A stretch of 64,000 nt of DNA from an uncultured delta proteobacterium. GTDB lineage: Bacteria; Desulfobacterota; Desulfomonilia; UBA1062. The stretch spans positions 288,001-352,000 of the forward strand of contig CAWCTR010000007.1 of the NCBI GenBank assembly GCA_963798485.1, given 5' to 3'. The notes under the pieces were generated by a model that saw nothing but the letters and a program-made list of their open reading frames with translations, did no database searches and was not told the DNA's origin. Below, one piece after another: positions 38,244 through 48,901 of this stretch. The stretch's first letter is position 1. Each line of letters opens with the position of its first letter. The translations under genes were made by a program, and so were the position numbers.

Positions 38244-39428
38244 CTACTTATCCAGAACAGCCACACCGGGGAGCACCCTGCCGCCGAGCATCTCGAGGAA
38301 GGCGCCGCCTGCCGTGGACACAAAGCTTACCTTGTCCGTGAGCGCGCTCTTGTGGAGTGCAGCATCTGTATCACCACCGCCCACAATGGTCAAGCCCTTG
38401 GATAAGGCCATGTCCTTCGCGATAGCCAGCGTCCCTGCCTCAAATGCATTGATCTCGAACACACCCATGGGCCCGTTCCAGACTATTGTTCCGCACCCGT
38501 TAAGGGCCTCGGAGAAAAGGGCTATGCTTGCAGGCCCGAGGTCAAGCCCCATGAGGTTCTCCGGCATCTCCTGGATGGTCGCAACCGAGGTTGCCTGGCC
38601 TTCCTTGGGCTCGGCAGCGCAAAGCGCGTCCACCGGCAGGTAGAGTTTTACGCCCTTGGCCTTGGCCTTTTCCAAAATGGACCGGGCCGTATCCAGGAGA
38701 TCCTCTTCCACCAGCGACTTGCCGATCCCCTGGCCCAGTGCCTTCACAAAGGTGAAGGCCATGCCGCCGCCGATAAGGATTTTATCCGCCTTGCCGAGGA
38801 GGTTTTCCACCAGTTCGAGCTTGTCCGAGACCTTGGAACCGCCCAACACAGCTGCAAATGGCCGCTCCGGGGACAAAAGGGCCTTGTTGATATAGTCCAC
38901 CTCTTTCATAAGAAGGAAGCCGGCAGCCGTGTCTTTGATATATGCGCATACGCCCACGTTGGATGCATGTGCACGGTGGGCCGTAGCAAAGGCGTCATTT
39001 ACAAAACAATCACCTAAGGAGGCCAGTTCCTTGGCGAACTCGGGGTTGTTCTTTTCCTCTTCCAGATGGAAGCGCAGGTTTTCCAGCAGGAGGACCTCAC
39101 CGGGCTTCAGCGCGTTCACCATGGCCTTTACCGTCTCGCCGATACAGTCAGGCGCCATGTTCACGCTGGTGCCGAGCAGTACGGATAGTCTCCTGGCCAC
39201 AGGGATGAGACTTTTTCTCTTGTCCACCTTGCCCTTGGGCCTGCCCAGGTGTGACATGAGTATGACCTTCGCCCCCTGGCTGATGGCATACCGGATGGTG
39301 GAAAGGGCCCCCTTGATGCGGGCATCATCGGTGATGTCCAAGTTTTCGTCGAGAGGAACATTAAAATCAACCCTGATCAACACCCGTCTCTGTTTCAGGT
39401 CTAGGTCTTTCATGGACTTTATACTCAT
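38244..39428 (-). CDS. pgk: Phosphoglycerate kinase
   Basis: RVDFNVP, SHLGRP, LENLRF, WNGPMGVFE. Confidence 0.98.
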   Translation of the reverse strand: MSIKSMKDLDLKQRRVLIRVDFNVPLDENLDITDDARIKGALSTIRYAISQGAKVILMSHLGRPKGKVDKRKSLIPVARRLSVLLGTSVNMAPDCIGETVKAMVNALKPGEVLLLENLRFHLEEEKNNPEFAKELASLGDCFVNDAFATAHRAHASNVGVCAYIKDTAAGFLLMKEVDYINKALLSPERPFAAVLGGSKVSDKLELVENLLGKADKILIGGGMAFTFVKALGQGIGKSLVEEDLLDTARSILEKAKAKGVKLYLPVDALCAAEPKEGQATSVATIQEMPENLMGLDLGPASIALFSEALNGCGTIVWNGPMGVFEINAFEAGTLAIAKDMALSKGLTIVGGGDTDAALHKSALTDKVSFVSTAGGAFLEMLGGRVLPGVAVLDK

Positions 39429-39595
39429 TTTGCTTCCTCCTTATAGTATATGGCCTGTGCCTTGGCGGCGCTTGATTGCATGAAAAAGAAAGGATCCTTT
39501 ATGGGGAAAATAACAGTATGACAAGAATGACCCCTTTACAAACTATTGAACATCCCATTACATACCATAAGAAGGCGATTTTGTCATGAACGAAC

Positions 39596-40300
39596 ATGAA
39601 CAATTCCCGTCAGGTATCCATGATGAGTACAATGATTCAAAATGACACGGAAATTTTAAGCGCCATCAGTGGCCGCTTCAGGAGGCTCATCACAGAGCTC
39701 CTGAAGGGCAATATCAAACGTGCCCGAGCGCTTGCTGAGCAGGCCAGGCAGGAAATACCTGCAGACGGCGAACACATCGCCCTTCAGAATCTCATTGAGG
39801 ATCTGGCCCAGGGCCAGGCGGTGCGCAACGCCTTCATCAACCTCCCATCGGCCGTCCCGGGTATCGGCACTATTATTTCGTGGGCACTCATCAGCCTGGA
39901 GGATTTCTTTGTCCTGGACCAGAGCGTTACCCTTATCATGGCCCTTTGCATACTTCATGGGTTGGAGCCGGAAGTTTATGAAGGCATGGAGGAATTTGCC
40001 ATCAGCGTAATAGGCCAGGCATATGGTATTGAAACATCAGGCCCGGGAAGTGATTCAAAGGCCTATGTTAAGAGATTCATAATTAAACTATTACCAGCAC
40101 GATATGTGAACTTCGGGCTGGCCAGGTGGGTCAAGGTTTTCATTAAAAGGCTGCTTCCCTTCAGGAGAAAATCGCGGCTCATGCCCATCGGGTTTGGTAT
40201 CGTCATGTCTGCATGGGACGCCTATGACACCATTGTGAAGGTGGGCCGTTTCGCCTTGCGCGAACTCCCAGGCAAGAGGCGTAAGGGGGAATTTGAATAG
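39596..40300 (+). CDS. Hypothetical protein, possibly EcsC-like
   Basis: 234-aa ORF filling the gap; LPSAVPGIGT motif; start uncertain. Confidence 0.65.
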   Translation: MNNSRQVSMMSTMIQNDTEILSAISGRFRRLITELLKGNIKRARALAEQARQEIPADGEHIALQNLIEDLAQGQAVRNAFINLPSAVPGIGTIISWALISLEDFFVLDQSVTLIMALCILHGLEPEVYEGMEEFAISVIGQAYGIETSGPGSDSKAYVKRFIIKLLPARYVNFGLARWVKVFIKRLLPFRRKSRLMPIGFGIVMSAWDAYDTIVKVGRFALRELPGKRRKGEFE

Positions 40301-40319
40301 CCTTCCTAAGGGGATAACC

Positions 40320-40748
40320 TTACAGCCGGTAAACCTCCTTATCCCAGAGCTTGACCCAGTTTCTCTTGAGCACCTCGGTGGCAACCTTGATGTTGTCCAC
40401 CTCCAGGATCATGATAGGGTTACTTGCCCTGCCGATATAGGGGTACATGGCTATGGCATTTATCTTGGCATCGCGCAGCGGTTTGAGAACGGCGTTCATG
40501 CCGCCGGGATGATCCGGCATCTCCACGGCCATTACATCGGATTCCGAAAATTCAATAGCCTCTGATGCGAAGGCGTTTTTTGCCTTTTTAGGGTCATCCA
40601 CCACGATACAGATGGATGATACCTCTTTGGATTCCAGTCCCACCGAGATGGCCCGGATATTCACGCCGTGTTTGGCCAGGACATCAGAGAGGTAAGAGAG
40701 TTTTCCCGATACATTTGCAGTCTGGAGCCGAAACTGTTTGACAGGCAT
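40320..40748 (-). CDS. Tandem ACT domain protein
   Basis: N.SGKL..LAKHGVNIRAIS, MPDHPGGM. Confidence 0.9.
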   Translation of the reverse strand: MPVKQFRLQTANVSGKLSYLSDVLAKHGVNIRAISVGLESKEVSSICIVVDDPKKAKNAFASEAIEFSESDVMAVEMPDHPGGMNAVLKPLRDAKINAIAMYPYIGRASNPIMILEVDNIKVATEVLKRNWVKLWDKEVYRL

Positions 40749-40751
40749 GAC

Positions 40752-41297
40752 CTACTTCTCCTTTAGAAAATATTCATACCCGACCTTCAGGGCCTCGATA
40801 TTCTTATCCTTGAACTTGATCTTCGATTTGCCAAGTATGATGTCCATTTTATCTATCATGGTGGAGAATTTCACCTGGTGTGTCCTGTTCACAAAGGCGC
40901 CCAGCATGATCATATTGCCATACTGCTCACCCACGGTTGATCGGGCAAGGTCGTTGACCGGGATCTCTATAAGCTCGATATCTCCCCTGCCCGGTCTTTC
41001 TGTGACGATGCTGGAGTTAATAAAGATTTCTCCGCCTGATGCGCCCTGATTCTGGAGCCTAAGCAGCGACTCGTTGTCCATAATGACCAGATAATCGGGA
41101 GATGACGCTACCGGGGAGGCGATCTCTTCATCCGAGATGGCAATGGTGCACGAGGCAATGCCGCCACGCATCTCAGCGCCGTAAGAGGGAAGGTAGGTCA
41201 CATGATGATCCTCAAGCATGGCCGTCCAGGCAAGGCACAGGCCGGAAAACAATATTCCCTGCCCGCCTATGCCGCTCATGATGGTCTTCTGGAGCAT
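40752..41297 (-). CDS. 2-oxoacid:ferredoxin oxidoreductase gamma subunit
   Basis: GIGGQG, PSYGAEMRGG, NMIMLGA. Confidence 0.93.
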   Translation of the reverse strand: MLQKTIMSGIGGQGILFSGLCLAWTAMLEDHHVTYLPSYGAEMRGGIASCTIAISDEEIASPVASSPDYLVIMDNESLLRLQNQGASGGEIFINSSIVTERPGRGDIELIEIPVNDLARSTVGEQYGNMIMLGAFVNRTHQVKFSTMIDKMDIILGKSKIKFKDKNIEALKVGYEYFLKEK

Positions 41298-41298
41298 A

Positions 41299-42051
41299 TC
41301 AGAGCTCCTTCTTCTTGGTAATGTCCTTGAATATGCTTAAGGGGTATTCCTTTTCCATGACCTCTTCCAGATATATGAAGGCTTCCTTGGGCGACACCTT
41401 CCAATTGGTGGGGCAGGGGGACAACACCTCGACCAGGGTATACCCCAAGCCCTCTATCTGTATCTCAAATGCCCTTTTCAATGCCTTTTTCGTGGCCATG
41501 ACCTTGGCCGGCGTGGCTACCGATGTCCGCACCACATATGCAGCGCCTTCAAGCTGTGCAATGAGGTCCGTAATCTTTAAGGGAAAGCCCTCCACCTTTG
41601 ACCGCCTGCCATAAGGTGATGTACTGGTCTTCTGGCCGAGCATGGTGGTCGGCGCCATCTGACCGCCTGTCATTCCGTAGACTGCATTGTTCACGAAAAT
41701 GCTGGTGATGACCTCGCCCCGGTTGGCGGCATGTATTGTCTCTGCAGTGCCGATGGCGGCCATGTCGCCGTCACCCTGGTAGGTGAAGACGATACGGTCG
41801 GGCAGCGCCCTCTTGAACCCTGTTGCAATGGCGCAGCCCCTGCCGTGGGCCGACTCGCAGGTGTCGATGTCGAAATAGTTGTATGCCAGCACCGCGCACC
41901 CAGCGGGCGGGATGCATATGGTCTTGCCGCCGATGTCCATCTCGTCGATGATCTCGGCCACGAGCCTATGGATTATGGAATGTCCGCACCCCGGGCAGTA
42001 ATGGAAGGGGGTGGGTTTCAGGCTTTTGGGTCTGGTGAAAACCTTTTTCAT
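41299..42051 (-). CDS. 2-oxoacid:ferredoxin oxidoreductase beta (TPP-binding) subunit
   Basis: HYCPGCGH, YQGDGD, YGMTGGQ, SPCPTNW; TAATG overlap with the alpha gene. Confidence 0.95.
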   Translation of the reverse strand: MKKVFTRPKSLKPTPFHYCPGCGHSIIHRLVAEIIDEMDIGGKTICIPPAGCAVLAYNYFDIDTCESAHGRGCAIATGFKRALPDRIVFTYQGDGDMAAIGTAETIHAANRGEVITSIFVNNAVYGMTGGQMAPTTMLGQKTSTSPYGRRSKVEGFPLKITDLIAQLEGAAYVVRTSVATPAKVMATKKALKRAFEIQIEGLGYTLVEVLSPCPTNWKVSPKEAFIYLEEVMEKEYPLSIFKDITKKKEL

Positions 42052-43121
42052 TACAGCTCCCTCTGCAGCCAGTGCCTCTCTATGATCCGTGAGATCTCCT
42101 GTGGTGCCGCTACGACGCCGCCGGGCCTGCCGTAAAATTCGCAATCCACCTTGCCCTGGGTGGCAAGGCGCACATCGTCGATCATCTGGCCGGTGCTCAT
42201 TTCAAAGACCAGGAAAAGCTTGGCCTGCTTGGCGAGGCTGGCAAAGGCCTCATCCGGGAAGGGCCACAGCGTAATAGGTCTGATGAGCCCCACCTTCAGA
42301 CCATTGTCCCTGACGCGCTTTACCGCCCCTTTGGCGATCCTGGCAGCCGTGCCATAGGCAACGACGATGAGCTTGGCGTCTTCTATCATGAACTCCTCAT
42401 ACTGGGGGAGGTCCCTTCTCATGAGGTCGTATTTGCGTTTGAGCTTCCAGTTGTGCTCCTCCATGGCCCTCGCATCCAGGATCAGCGATTTAACGATGCG
42501 TGAGGGTCTTCCTGAGGCGCCGTCTAGGATGTAATCCTTGGGAGGAAGCTCGATGTCTTCCCTTTTGTGCATGAGGATGGGCTCCATGATCTGGCCCATC
42601 ATGCCGTCGCCTAAGATCATGACCGGGGAACGGTACATGTCGGCGATGTCAAAGGACTTCATCGTGATGTCATAGAGCTCCTGGACCGTTCCCGGCGCAT
42701 ATACCGGCATGCGGTAGTCGCCGTGTCCGCCTCCCCTTGTGGCCTGGTAGTAGTCACCCTGGCTGGGTGCTATGTTGCCAAGACCAGGACCGCCGCGGTT
42801 GATGTTGACGATGACCGCAGGCAATTCCATGGCCGCAAGGAAGGAGAGCCCCTCCTGTTTGAGGCTGATGCCTGGCGACGACGAACTGGTCATTGCACGT
42901 GCGCCGCTTGCCACTGCACCGAGCACCATGTAGATGGATGCGATCTCGCTTTCTCCCTGGAGAAATACACCGCCCACCTCTTCCATACGCCTGGACATAT
43001 ACTCCGGGATCTCGTTCTGCGGGGTTATGGGGTAGCCGAAGTAACACGAGCATCCTGCCTGGATCGCAGCCTCGGCAAGGGCATCCGTGCCCTTCATCAA
43101 TACCTTTTGGGGATTATCCAC
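42051..43121 (-). CDS. vorB: 2-oxoacid:ferredoxin oxidoreductase alpha subunit (VorB-like)
   Basis: GYPITPQ, ESEIA, TSSSSPGISLKQE, RGGPGLG. Confidence 0.93.
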   Translation of the reverse strand: MDNPQKVLMKGTDALAEAAIQAGCSCYFGYPITPQNEIPEYMSRRMEEVGGVFLQGESEIASIYMVLGAVASGARAMTSSSSPGISLKQEGLSFLAAMELPAVIVNINRGGPGLGNIAPSQGDYYQATRGGGHGDYRMPVYAPGTVQELYDITMKSFDIADMYRSPVMILGDGMMGQIMEPILMHKREDIELPPKDYILDGASGRPSRIVKSLILDARAMEEHNWKLKRKYDLMRRDLPQYEEFMIEDAKLIVVAYGTAARIAKGAVKRVRDNGLKVGLIRPITLWPFPDEAFASLAKQAKLFLVFEMSTGQMIDDVRLATQGKVDCEFYGRPGGVVAAPQEISRIIERHWLQREL

Positions 43122-43326
43122 GGTACACCTCGATAGCGACTTCCGGGCACATCACGGCGCACAGAGAGCATCCCTTGCAGGTTTCAACAATGAACTCTGC
43201 AGGATGGTAGCCTCTGTGATTGAAGACTTCAGCTATGCGGATTGCCTTTTCAGGACATACGGTGATGCACAGCTCACAACTCTTACAGAGTCCCTGGTCA
43301 ATGGTAATTTTTCCCTTTGCTGCCAT
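43114..43326 (-). CDS. 2x[4Fe-4S] ferredoxin delta subunit
   Basis: CKSCELC..CP and CKGCSLC..CP. Confidence 0.93.
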   Translation of the reverse strand: MAAKGKITIDQGLCKSCELCITVCPEKAIRIAEVFNHRGYHPAEFIVETCKGCSLCAVMCPEVAIEVYRG

Positions 43327-43417
43327 AGCCTTTCTAATACTCTTCTTTTCGGGATTCGAGATTATTAACATCAAAAAGCTGCGGTGTACAGTAAAGATTT
43401 TCTTGCCTTAATTTCAC

Positions 43418-45157
43418 TCAATTCTGTGCGGCATGAGGTACGAAGGTACTCTGCGGGATCGGGTATGGCGTGCTCCTGGCCTTCGCCAGGGCTTCCAATT
43501 TCAGTGCCTTGGCATTTTTTTCATAATATATCTTCGGCTCATAGGTCCAGCCGTCAGCGAGTCTTCGTTGTTCTCTCTTGATGGAGGTATGTGCAAATAT
43601 CCCTAACAACGGGGCAATGATCCTGGTCTTCCATCCGAACTCTTTGTAGATATCACTCAATAGGGAACCGATCATGTCATGCATGCGCCCATCACCCCTG
43701 TACCATTTTTTCATGGCCCATACTGCTGCGGCATAGGTGGTCTTCAGATACTTTATCTCCCATGCCAGGCGCTTGCGTATGTATGGGTCAGGATGGTTCT
43801 TATGCCTTTTCCAGCCGTTAAGCATGGTGCGTATCATCCTAAAAAGGCTGGGGCCGTTCACCTCGAAGTCGCGGGAAAACGCGCTGCGCAGATATCCGGT
43901 TTCCTTGCCGTCCTTGATATGTTCATGACGGTAATTAAAGCGGTACTGCCCATGATTGTCCGCAGCCGGACGATCGTCTTCACCCAGAATGGTCCCATCA
44001 TTTTTATGCTGATCGTATAAAGGTGTGCCTGGAACGGGCGTGTAGAGCATGAACTGGTGGAAGACCGTATCATGGCTTATGGCATAATCAATAACACTCT
44101 CAATATTTTCAGGGGTATGATTCTCCAGGCCGATAATGGTTGATCCCAGCACGCGGATGCCATGGGACTGCAGCTCCTGCACTAATTCTCTCGTTTCGAC
44201 CCCGCTGAGTTTTGCATAGGTGCTGTCTTCACCTTCCAGGCCCATCCAGGCCCACGAGATGCCCAGGCGGATCAATTGCTCCATGGTGTATGATTTGAGC
44301 ACCCTGGCGGAAGAAAATACGAACAGAGCCCATGACTTGTTTTTTTCCTTCATAAGTTCTAGGAGTTTGAGTGTCCTTTGCCGGTGAAGAAGGAAGTTCT
44401 CATCCATCACGAAAAAGGCGCTTACCTTGAGTTTTGCCTCGATGTCGCACATGACCCTGAAGAGCTCATCCCCGGTTTCATAGAAATTAACGGACTTGCC
44501 TTTGCCTCCAAAAAGGGCGGAGGTGGAACAGAAATTACACCCAATGGGGCATCCTACTGAAGGTATGAGCATCGCTGCGGTGTTTACCGGTTTGTCGGGT
44601 GTGCTGATGCCGAGGATCCGGGTGCCATAGCCGGAAAATACATAGGGGTGCTTTATTGGGGCGTTCTCATCGGCGCCCAGGAATTTTCTGAACCAGCGAA
44701 CCCCTTCACCCTTGCAGATATGGTCGACATCAATAGTATTTTTAAGATCCGGCAGGTTGGCAATATGCCCACCCACGACAATGGTTGCCTTGGGCAGGTA
44801 TGTCCGGATCAGCTCGCACATCTTCTTAACCTTGCCGACATTGGGTATGATGGCGCTGATGCCGACTATGTCGTACGAAGTATCCCTGAGTTCGTCTGTA
44901 AAGCGCTCCAGGCTCGGAAAGTCAAGGAGCGTGCACGGTGCGTCGATATTTTCCTTCAGGAGCATCAAACCGAAAGAACGGTGAAACATGCGTAGCGAAA
45001 AAGGCCCCTGTTCGCGCGTGACCTGGTTATGATAGAGCTCCATGGGGTTGATCTTCCGGCTTCCATACTCATCGTCCCTGGCATAAGGGCCAAAAACGCT
45101 TGCTAACAATATGTTGGCTCGCGAACCGAGCGGATGCACCGGGCTTATTGTTTCCAT
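43418..45157 (-). CDS. B12-binding radical SAM protein
   Basis: Cobalamin-binding-like N-terminal domain (VVGGH), CPIGCNFC, DENF, TPVPGT. Confidence 0.9.
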   Translation of the reverse strand: METISPVHPLGSRANILLASVFGPYARDDEYGSRKINPMELYHNQVTREQGPFSLRMFHRSFGLMLLKENIDAPCTLLDFPSLERFTDELRDTSYDIVGISAIIPNVGKVKKMCELIRTYLPKATIVVGGHIANLPDLKNTIDVDHICKGEGVRWFRKFLGADENAPIKHPYVFSGYGTRILGISTPDKPVNTAAMLIPSVGCPIGCNFCSTSALFGGKGKSVNFYETGDELFRVMCDIEAKLKVSAFFVMDENFLLHRQRTLKLLELMKEKNKSWALFVFSSARVLKSYTMEQLIRLGISWAWMGLEGEDSTYAKLSGVETRELVQELQSHGIRVLGSTIIGLENHTPENIESVIDYAISHDTVFHQFMLYTPVPGTPLYDQHKNDGTILGEDDRPAADNHGQYRFNYRHEHIKDGKETGYLRSAFSRDFEVNGPSLFRMIRTMLNGWKRHKNHPDPYIRKRLAWEIKYLKTTYAAAVWAMKKWYRGDGRMHDMIGSLLSDIYKEFGWKTRIIAPLLGIFAHTSIKREQRRLADGWTYEPKIYYEKNAKALKLEALAKARSTPYPIPQSTFVPHAAQN

Positions 45158-45296
45158 TATTGTTCTCCCTTGAGGCATTATGTTAGGGGGTATATCGTCC
45201 AGATCAAGGATATTAACAATCTAATTATGTGATTTCACATTTGAATTACATTTACTTTGCAAATGATTTACAGAACACCCATCGTGGATTCTTTTA

Positions 45297-46013
45297 TCAG
45301 CTGTTTTCGTTGGTGTTGAGGCATGATCCCAGCTTGATACTGTAAGCCCCGCCCCTTGTGACGATGAGGTGGTCGTGCAGGCTGATGCCCACCTGCGAAC
45401 AGATCTCCGTGAGCGCTCGGGTAAGGCGCATGTCCTGTTCGGAGGCATGAAGGGTGCCTGATGGATGGTTATGCACCAGGATCAGGGCAGTGGCGTTGTG
45501 TTTGATGGCCTCCTTGAGGACCTCCCTCGGGTAGACATGCGCCGCATCCACCGTGCCCTCGGCCATGACCTGGGAATGCACAAGCCTGCCTGCTGCATTC
45601 AGGCACAGCAGCATGAACCGTTCTTTTGTGCCGCCCCCGATCTCGGCCCTCACATATGCAGCAACATCCTCAGGTCCGGTGATAACAGGGGAATCATCTT
45701 TTGAGGGTTCCATATAGCGTTTCATGCAGGCCCTAAAAAGCCCGAAGAGTGTTGATGCATGCTCGCCTATGCCATGGATCTCTTCCAGGGTTTCATAAGG
45801 GGCGTCGAGCACGGCCTGGAAGGTGCCGAACCTTTTAAGCAGATACTTGGCAAGGGGCTTGGTGTCTTTCCGTGGCAGTGCATAGCCCAGCAGCAGCTCC
45901 AGGAGCTCATGGTCCAAGAAGGCCTTTCTTCCAGACTTCCTCAGGCGCCCTTTCAGCCGGAGCCTGTGTCCGGCATTAAGGTCACTTTGGTCTTCCCTTC
46001 CTTTAGCGGGCAT
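45297..46013 (-). CDS. radC: RadC (JAB domain) protein
   Basis: GHRLRL, ELLELLL, YPREV, HNHPSG, LHDH. Confidence 0.93.
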   Translation of the reverse strand: MPAKGREDQSDLNAGHRLRLKGRLRKSGRKAFLDHELLELLLGYALPRKDTKPLAKYLLKRFGTFQAVLDAPYETLEEIHGIGEHASTLFGLFRACMKRYMEPSKDDSPVITGPEDVAAYVRAEIGGGTKERFMLLCLNAAGRLVHSQVMAEGTVDAAHVYPREVLKEAIKHNATALILVHNHPSGTLHASEQDMRLTRALTEICSQVGISLHDHLIVTRGGAYSIKLGSCLNTNENS

Positions 46014-47559
46014 ACGTATTCTCCCTGCTGCACTGTGTAGCGTAAAAGGACCACGGCAGGATCTCGCCCTCATCCCTTTGTCTCAGTGCATAGTAATCAG
46101 GGTTGAGGTGCCATTGCTTCAAGAGGCGCTGCCAGGTGGCCTGTTCCTGTTTTGCCATTTCCTCTATGAGCCCCAGGAGCCTCCTGTCACCCCGGGCGAA
46201 AAGCGCCTGCAGAAAGGCCCATTTAGGCCCTTCAAAGGCAACCGTGATGTTGCTTTCACCCTTGAGACCCTTTGCTATCCTCTTGATGCGGCCCTTGGCA
46301 TTGTCTTGCTCAACCATGGGCTCCCGCTCAAAGGGCGTGTGGGGCTTGGGTACAAAGGTATTGATGCTGACACTCACCGTGCCGATTTTCTTATTGCCCC
46401 TTGAGACGTGGATGAAGATCTGGCGGATGCGCTTGATGAGGTCAATGGTCTCATCGAGGTGGGCAAGGGTTTCTCCCGGCAATCCCACCATGAAGTAGAG
46501 CTTGATATCCCGTATTCCCGATGCCACCAGTGACCTGACATCCTCGAAGATGATGGCGTTGGTGATACGCTTACCCATGGCGGACCGTAGTTCCTCAGAA
46601 CCTGTCTCCGGAGCCAAGGTCACACCTTTGACTTCTGAAACGGCCAGGGCCTCTACGAGATCATTGTTGATCATGCCCGGCCTGAGTGAGGGCGGGGCCA
46701 CCTTGAGCCCCCGCTTGTGCGCCTCTTTAAAGATTTCAGCGGCTGCGGGGTGGTTGTTGAGCGAGGTGCTTATCAGTCCGAGTTTATTACGGTGTCTCGC
46801 GGCCTCGTCGAAGATGGGGACCAGCCTTTCGATAGGCGCTGGGCGGTAGGGGGTATAGATTTCACGGGCGCTGCAGAACTTGCAGGAAAAGGGGCACCCC
46901 CGTGCAATCTCCACAAGATACATGTCGCCGAATGCCGTATCCTTTGTGATGATACTGGTGCAGGCGGGTTTATCCAACATGACCGTCAAGGAGAGTTGCG
47001 GCCTTTGGCCAACGAACCCTGCAATGGCCTGCCCTTCATAGAAAGGCCGGGTTCGCGACGGGATATACACACCCTGCACAAGGTTCAATCGATCAAGAAA
47101 TTCGTCATATCCGGCGCTTGCGATATAGGCTTCCTGAAGGAGAGCAGGAAGGGGCTCGCCGTCACCCAGGAAACAGATATCAAAGGCATCCGCTATGGGC
47201 TCGGGATTTGAGGTTATGGCCGCACCACCTGCCATTACGATGGGCTTGCCTCTCCGGTCCCCAGCAGCCACAGGGACGTTGTTCTCCTGAAGGATCTTTA
47301 TGGCCTCGATGTAATCAAGCTCATAGGAGATGGAAAAGGCGATGATATGAAAATCCGTCAGCGGCCTTTCCGATTCAACCGAGCGCTCCCTGTCCGTAAA
47401 GAAACGCTCGCAGAGAATTCCTGGCTGATCATTGAGCAGGCGGTACATGTGCTGAAGTCCGAGGTTCGACATGCCGACCCAGTACGTGTTCGGGTAGACA
47501 AAGGCGATATTAAGCTTGCCCCCCGGGTCTTTGCGTACTGATCCTGTCTCATTCCACAT
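46003..47559 (-). CDS. Radical SAM protein (TIGR03960-like)
   Basis: YPNTY..GMSNLG, EIARGCPFSCKFC, TLAPE, FVPKPHTPF. Confidence 0.9.
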   Translation of the reverse strand: MWNETGSVRKDPGGKLNIAFVYPNTYWVGMSNLGLQHMYRLLNDQPGILCERFFTDRERSVESERPLTDFHIIAFSISYELDYIEAIKILQENNVPVAAGDRRGKPIVMAGGAAITSNPEPIADAFDICFLGDGEPLPALLQEAYIASAGYDEFLDRLNLVQGVYIPSRTRPFYEGQAIAGFVGQRPQLSLTVMLDKPACTSIITKDTAFGDMYLVEIARGCPFSCKFCSAREIYTPYRPAPIERLVPIFDEAARHRNKLGLISTSLNNHPAAAEIFKEAHKRGLKVAPPSLRPGMINNDLVEALAVSEVKGVTLAPETGSEELRSAMGKRITNAIIFEDVRSLVASGIRDIKLYFMVGLPGETLAHLDETIDLIKRIRQIFIHVSRGNKKIGTVSVSINTFVPKPHTPFEREPMVEQDNAKGRIKRIAKGLKGESNITVAFEGPKWAFLQALFARGDRRLLGLIEEMAKQEQATWQRLLKQWHLNPDYYALRQRDEGEILPWSFYATQCSRENTYAR

Positions 47560-48898
47560 CGATACTTAGACTCTTGATCTTCCTGTGCAGATTGCTCCGC
47601 TCAACGCCGATCAAATCGGCGGTCTTGGATATGTTGTTCCCGCATTGTATAAGCTTGCGTTCGATGAAGATCTTCTCGAACTCGGAGCGTGCATCTTTGA
47701 GCTCTACCATATCAAAGATCTTGTCCAATTCGGAAGTTGGTTTAGAGCCGAGCGGCATGATGTCATCGGCCGTTATGGTGTTACCAGGCGTCATGATGAC
47801 AAGGCGCTCGACTATGTTCTTGAGTTCGCGCACATTGCCCGGCCAGTCATGCTGCATGAGTTTCCTGACAGCGCCCTCGGTCATGTTCTTCTTACCCCCC
47901 TTCAATGGAGAGAAGACTTTGAGAAAATGATCAACCAGTTCCGGGATGTCATCCCTGCGGTCAATGAGGCGCGGCACGTTGATGGGGATTACATTGAGCC
48001 GGTAATAAAGGTCCTGCCGGAAGCGGCCCTCCGTGATCTCTTGCTCCAGGTTCTTGTTGGTGGCAGTGAGCACGCGCACATCCACCTGGATGGTCTGGGC
48101 GCCACCGACCCGTTCGAAACGTTGCTCCTGGAGGATGCGTAAAATCTTGGCCTGCGTGGCCAGGCTCATATCGCCGATCTCATCCAGGAAGAGTGTGCCG
48201 TTGTGGGCCAGGTCGAACTTGCCGCGCTTTCGCTCGGCAGCCCCGGTAAAGGCCCCCTTCTCATGGCCGAAGAGCTCGCTTTCGATGAGCTCTTCAGGGA
48301 TGGCGGCGCAGTTCACCTCAACAAAGGGATAGCTTGACCTTTTAGAGTTCTTGTGGACCCTGCGCGCCACCAGCTCTTTCCCCGTTCCGTTCTCTCCAAG
48401 GATGAGGACCCAGGCATCCGTGGGGGAACAGCGGTCGATCTGGTTCTTGAGCTTCATGATGGCAGGAGACGAGCCGATGATCTCATCATCCTTCTCGGTC
48501 TTCTTCTTCAAGAGGGCGTTTTCTTCCTCCAATGCCCGCAAATGGATGGTGTTGTTCAGTGTGATGATGATCTTGTTGAGGTCGAGCGGTTTCTCTATGA
48601 AATCCAGCGCGCCGAGCCGTGTGGCCCGGATGGCGGTCTCGATGGAACCATGGCCTGTCATGATGATGACCGGGATGCTGAATCCGGCATTCTTCATCTC
48701 CTCCAATATCTGGAGCCCGTCCTTGCCGGGCATCCAGATGTCCAACAGAATGAGGTCCACGTCCTGTTTCTCGATAATCTTAAGGGCCTCTTCGCCGGAT
48801 GATGCAAGAAGCGTGTTGTATCCTTCGTCTTCCAGCCCGCCCTTGAGCGAGAGCCTGATGTTGTCTTCATCATCTACAATAAGTATGGTGTTTTTCAT
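47549..48898 (-). CDS. ntrX: Sigma54-dependent response regulator, NtrX-like
   Basis: REC domain, GENGTGKE, GAFTGA, WPGNVREL, Fis HTH. Confidence 0.92.
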   Translation of the reverse strand: MKNTILIVDDEDNIRLSLKGGLEDEGYNTLLASSGEEALKIIEKQDVDLILLDIWMPGKDGLQILEEMKNAGFSIPVIIMTGHGSIETAIRATRLGALDFIEKPLDLNKIIITLNNTIHLRALEEENALLKKKTEKDDEIIGSSPAIMKLKNQIDRCSPTDAWVLILGENGTGKELVARRVHKNSKRSSYPFVEVNCAAIPEELIESELFGHEKGAFTGAAERKRGKFDLAHNGTLFLDEIGDMSLATQAKILRILQEQRFERVGGAQTIQVDVRVLTATNKNLEQEITEGRFRQDLYYRLNVIPINVPRLIDRRDDIPELVDHFLKVFSPLKGGKKNMTEGAVRKLMQHDWPGNVRELKNIVERLVIMTPGNTITADDIMPLGSKPTSELDKIFDMVELKDARSEFEKIFIERKLIQCGNNISKTADLIGVERSNLHRKIKSLSIDVE

Positions 48899-48901
48899 TC
48901 G

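Noticed and set aside
44207-44225. Possible right IS end matching 5681 (GAGTTTTGCATAGG)
   Set aside because: Short partial match inside an intact radical SAM gene; likely chance.
45297-46013. radC as a marker of a mobile element
   Set aside because: It is the full-length chromosomal type within a housekeeping run, with no integrase or conjugation genes nearby.
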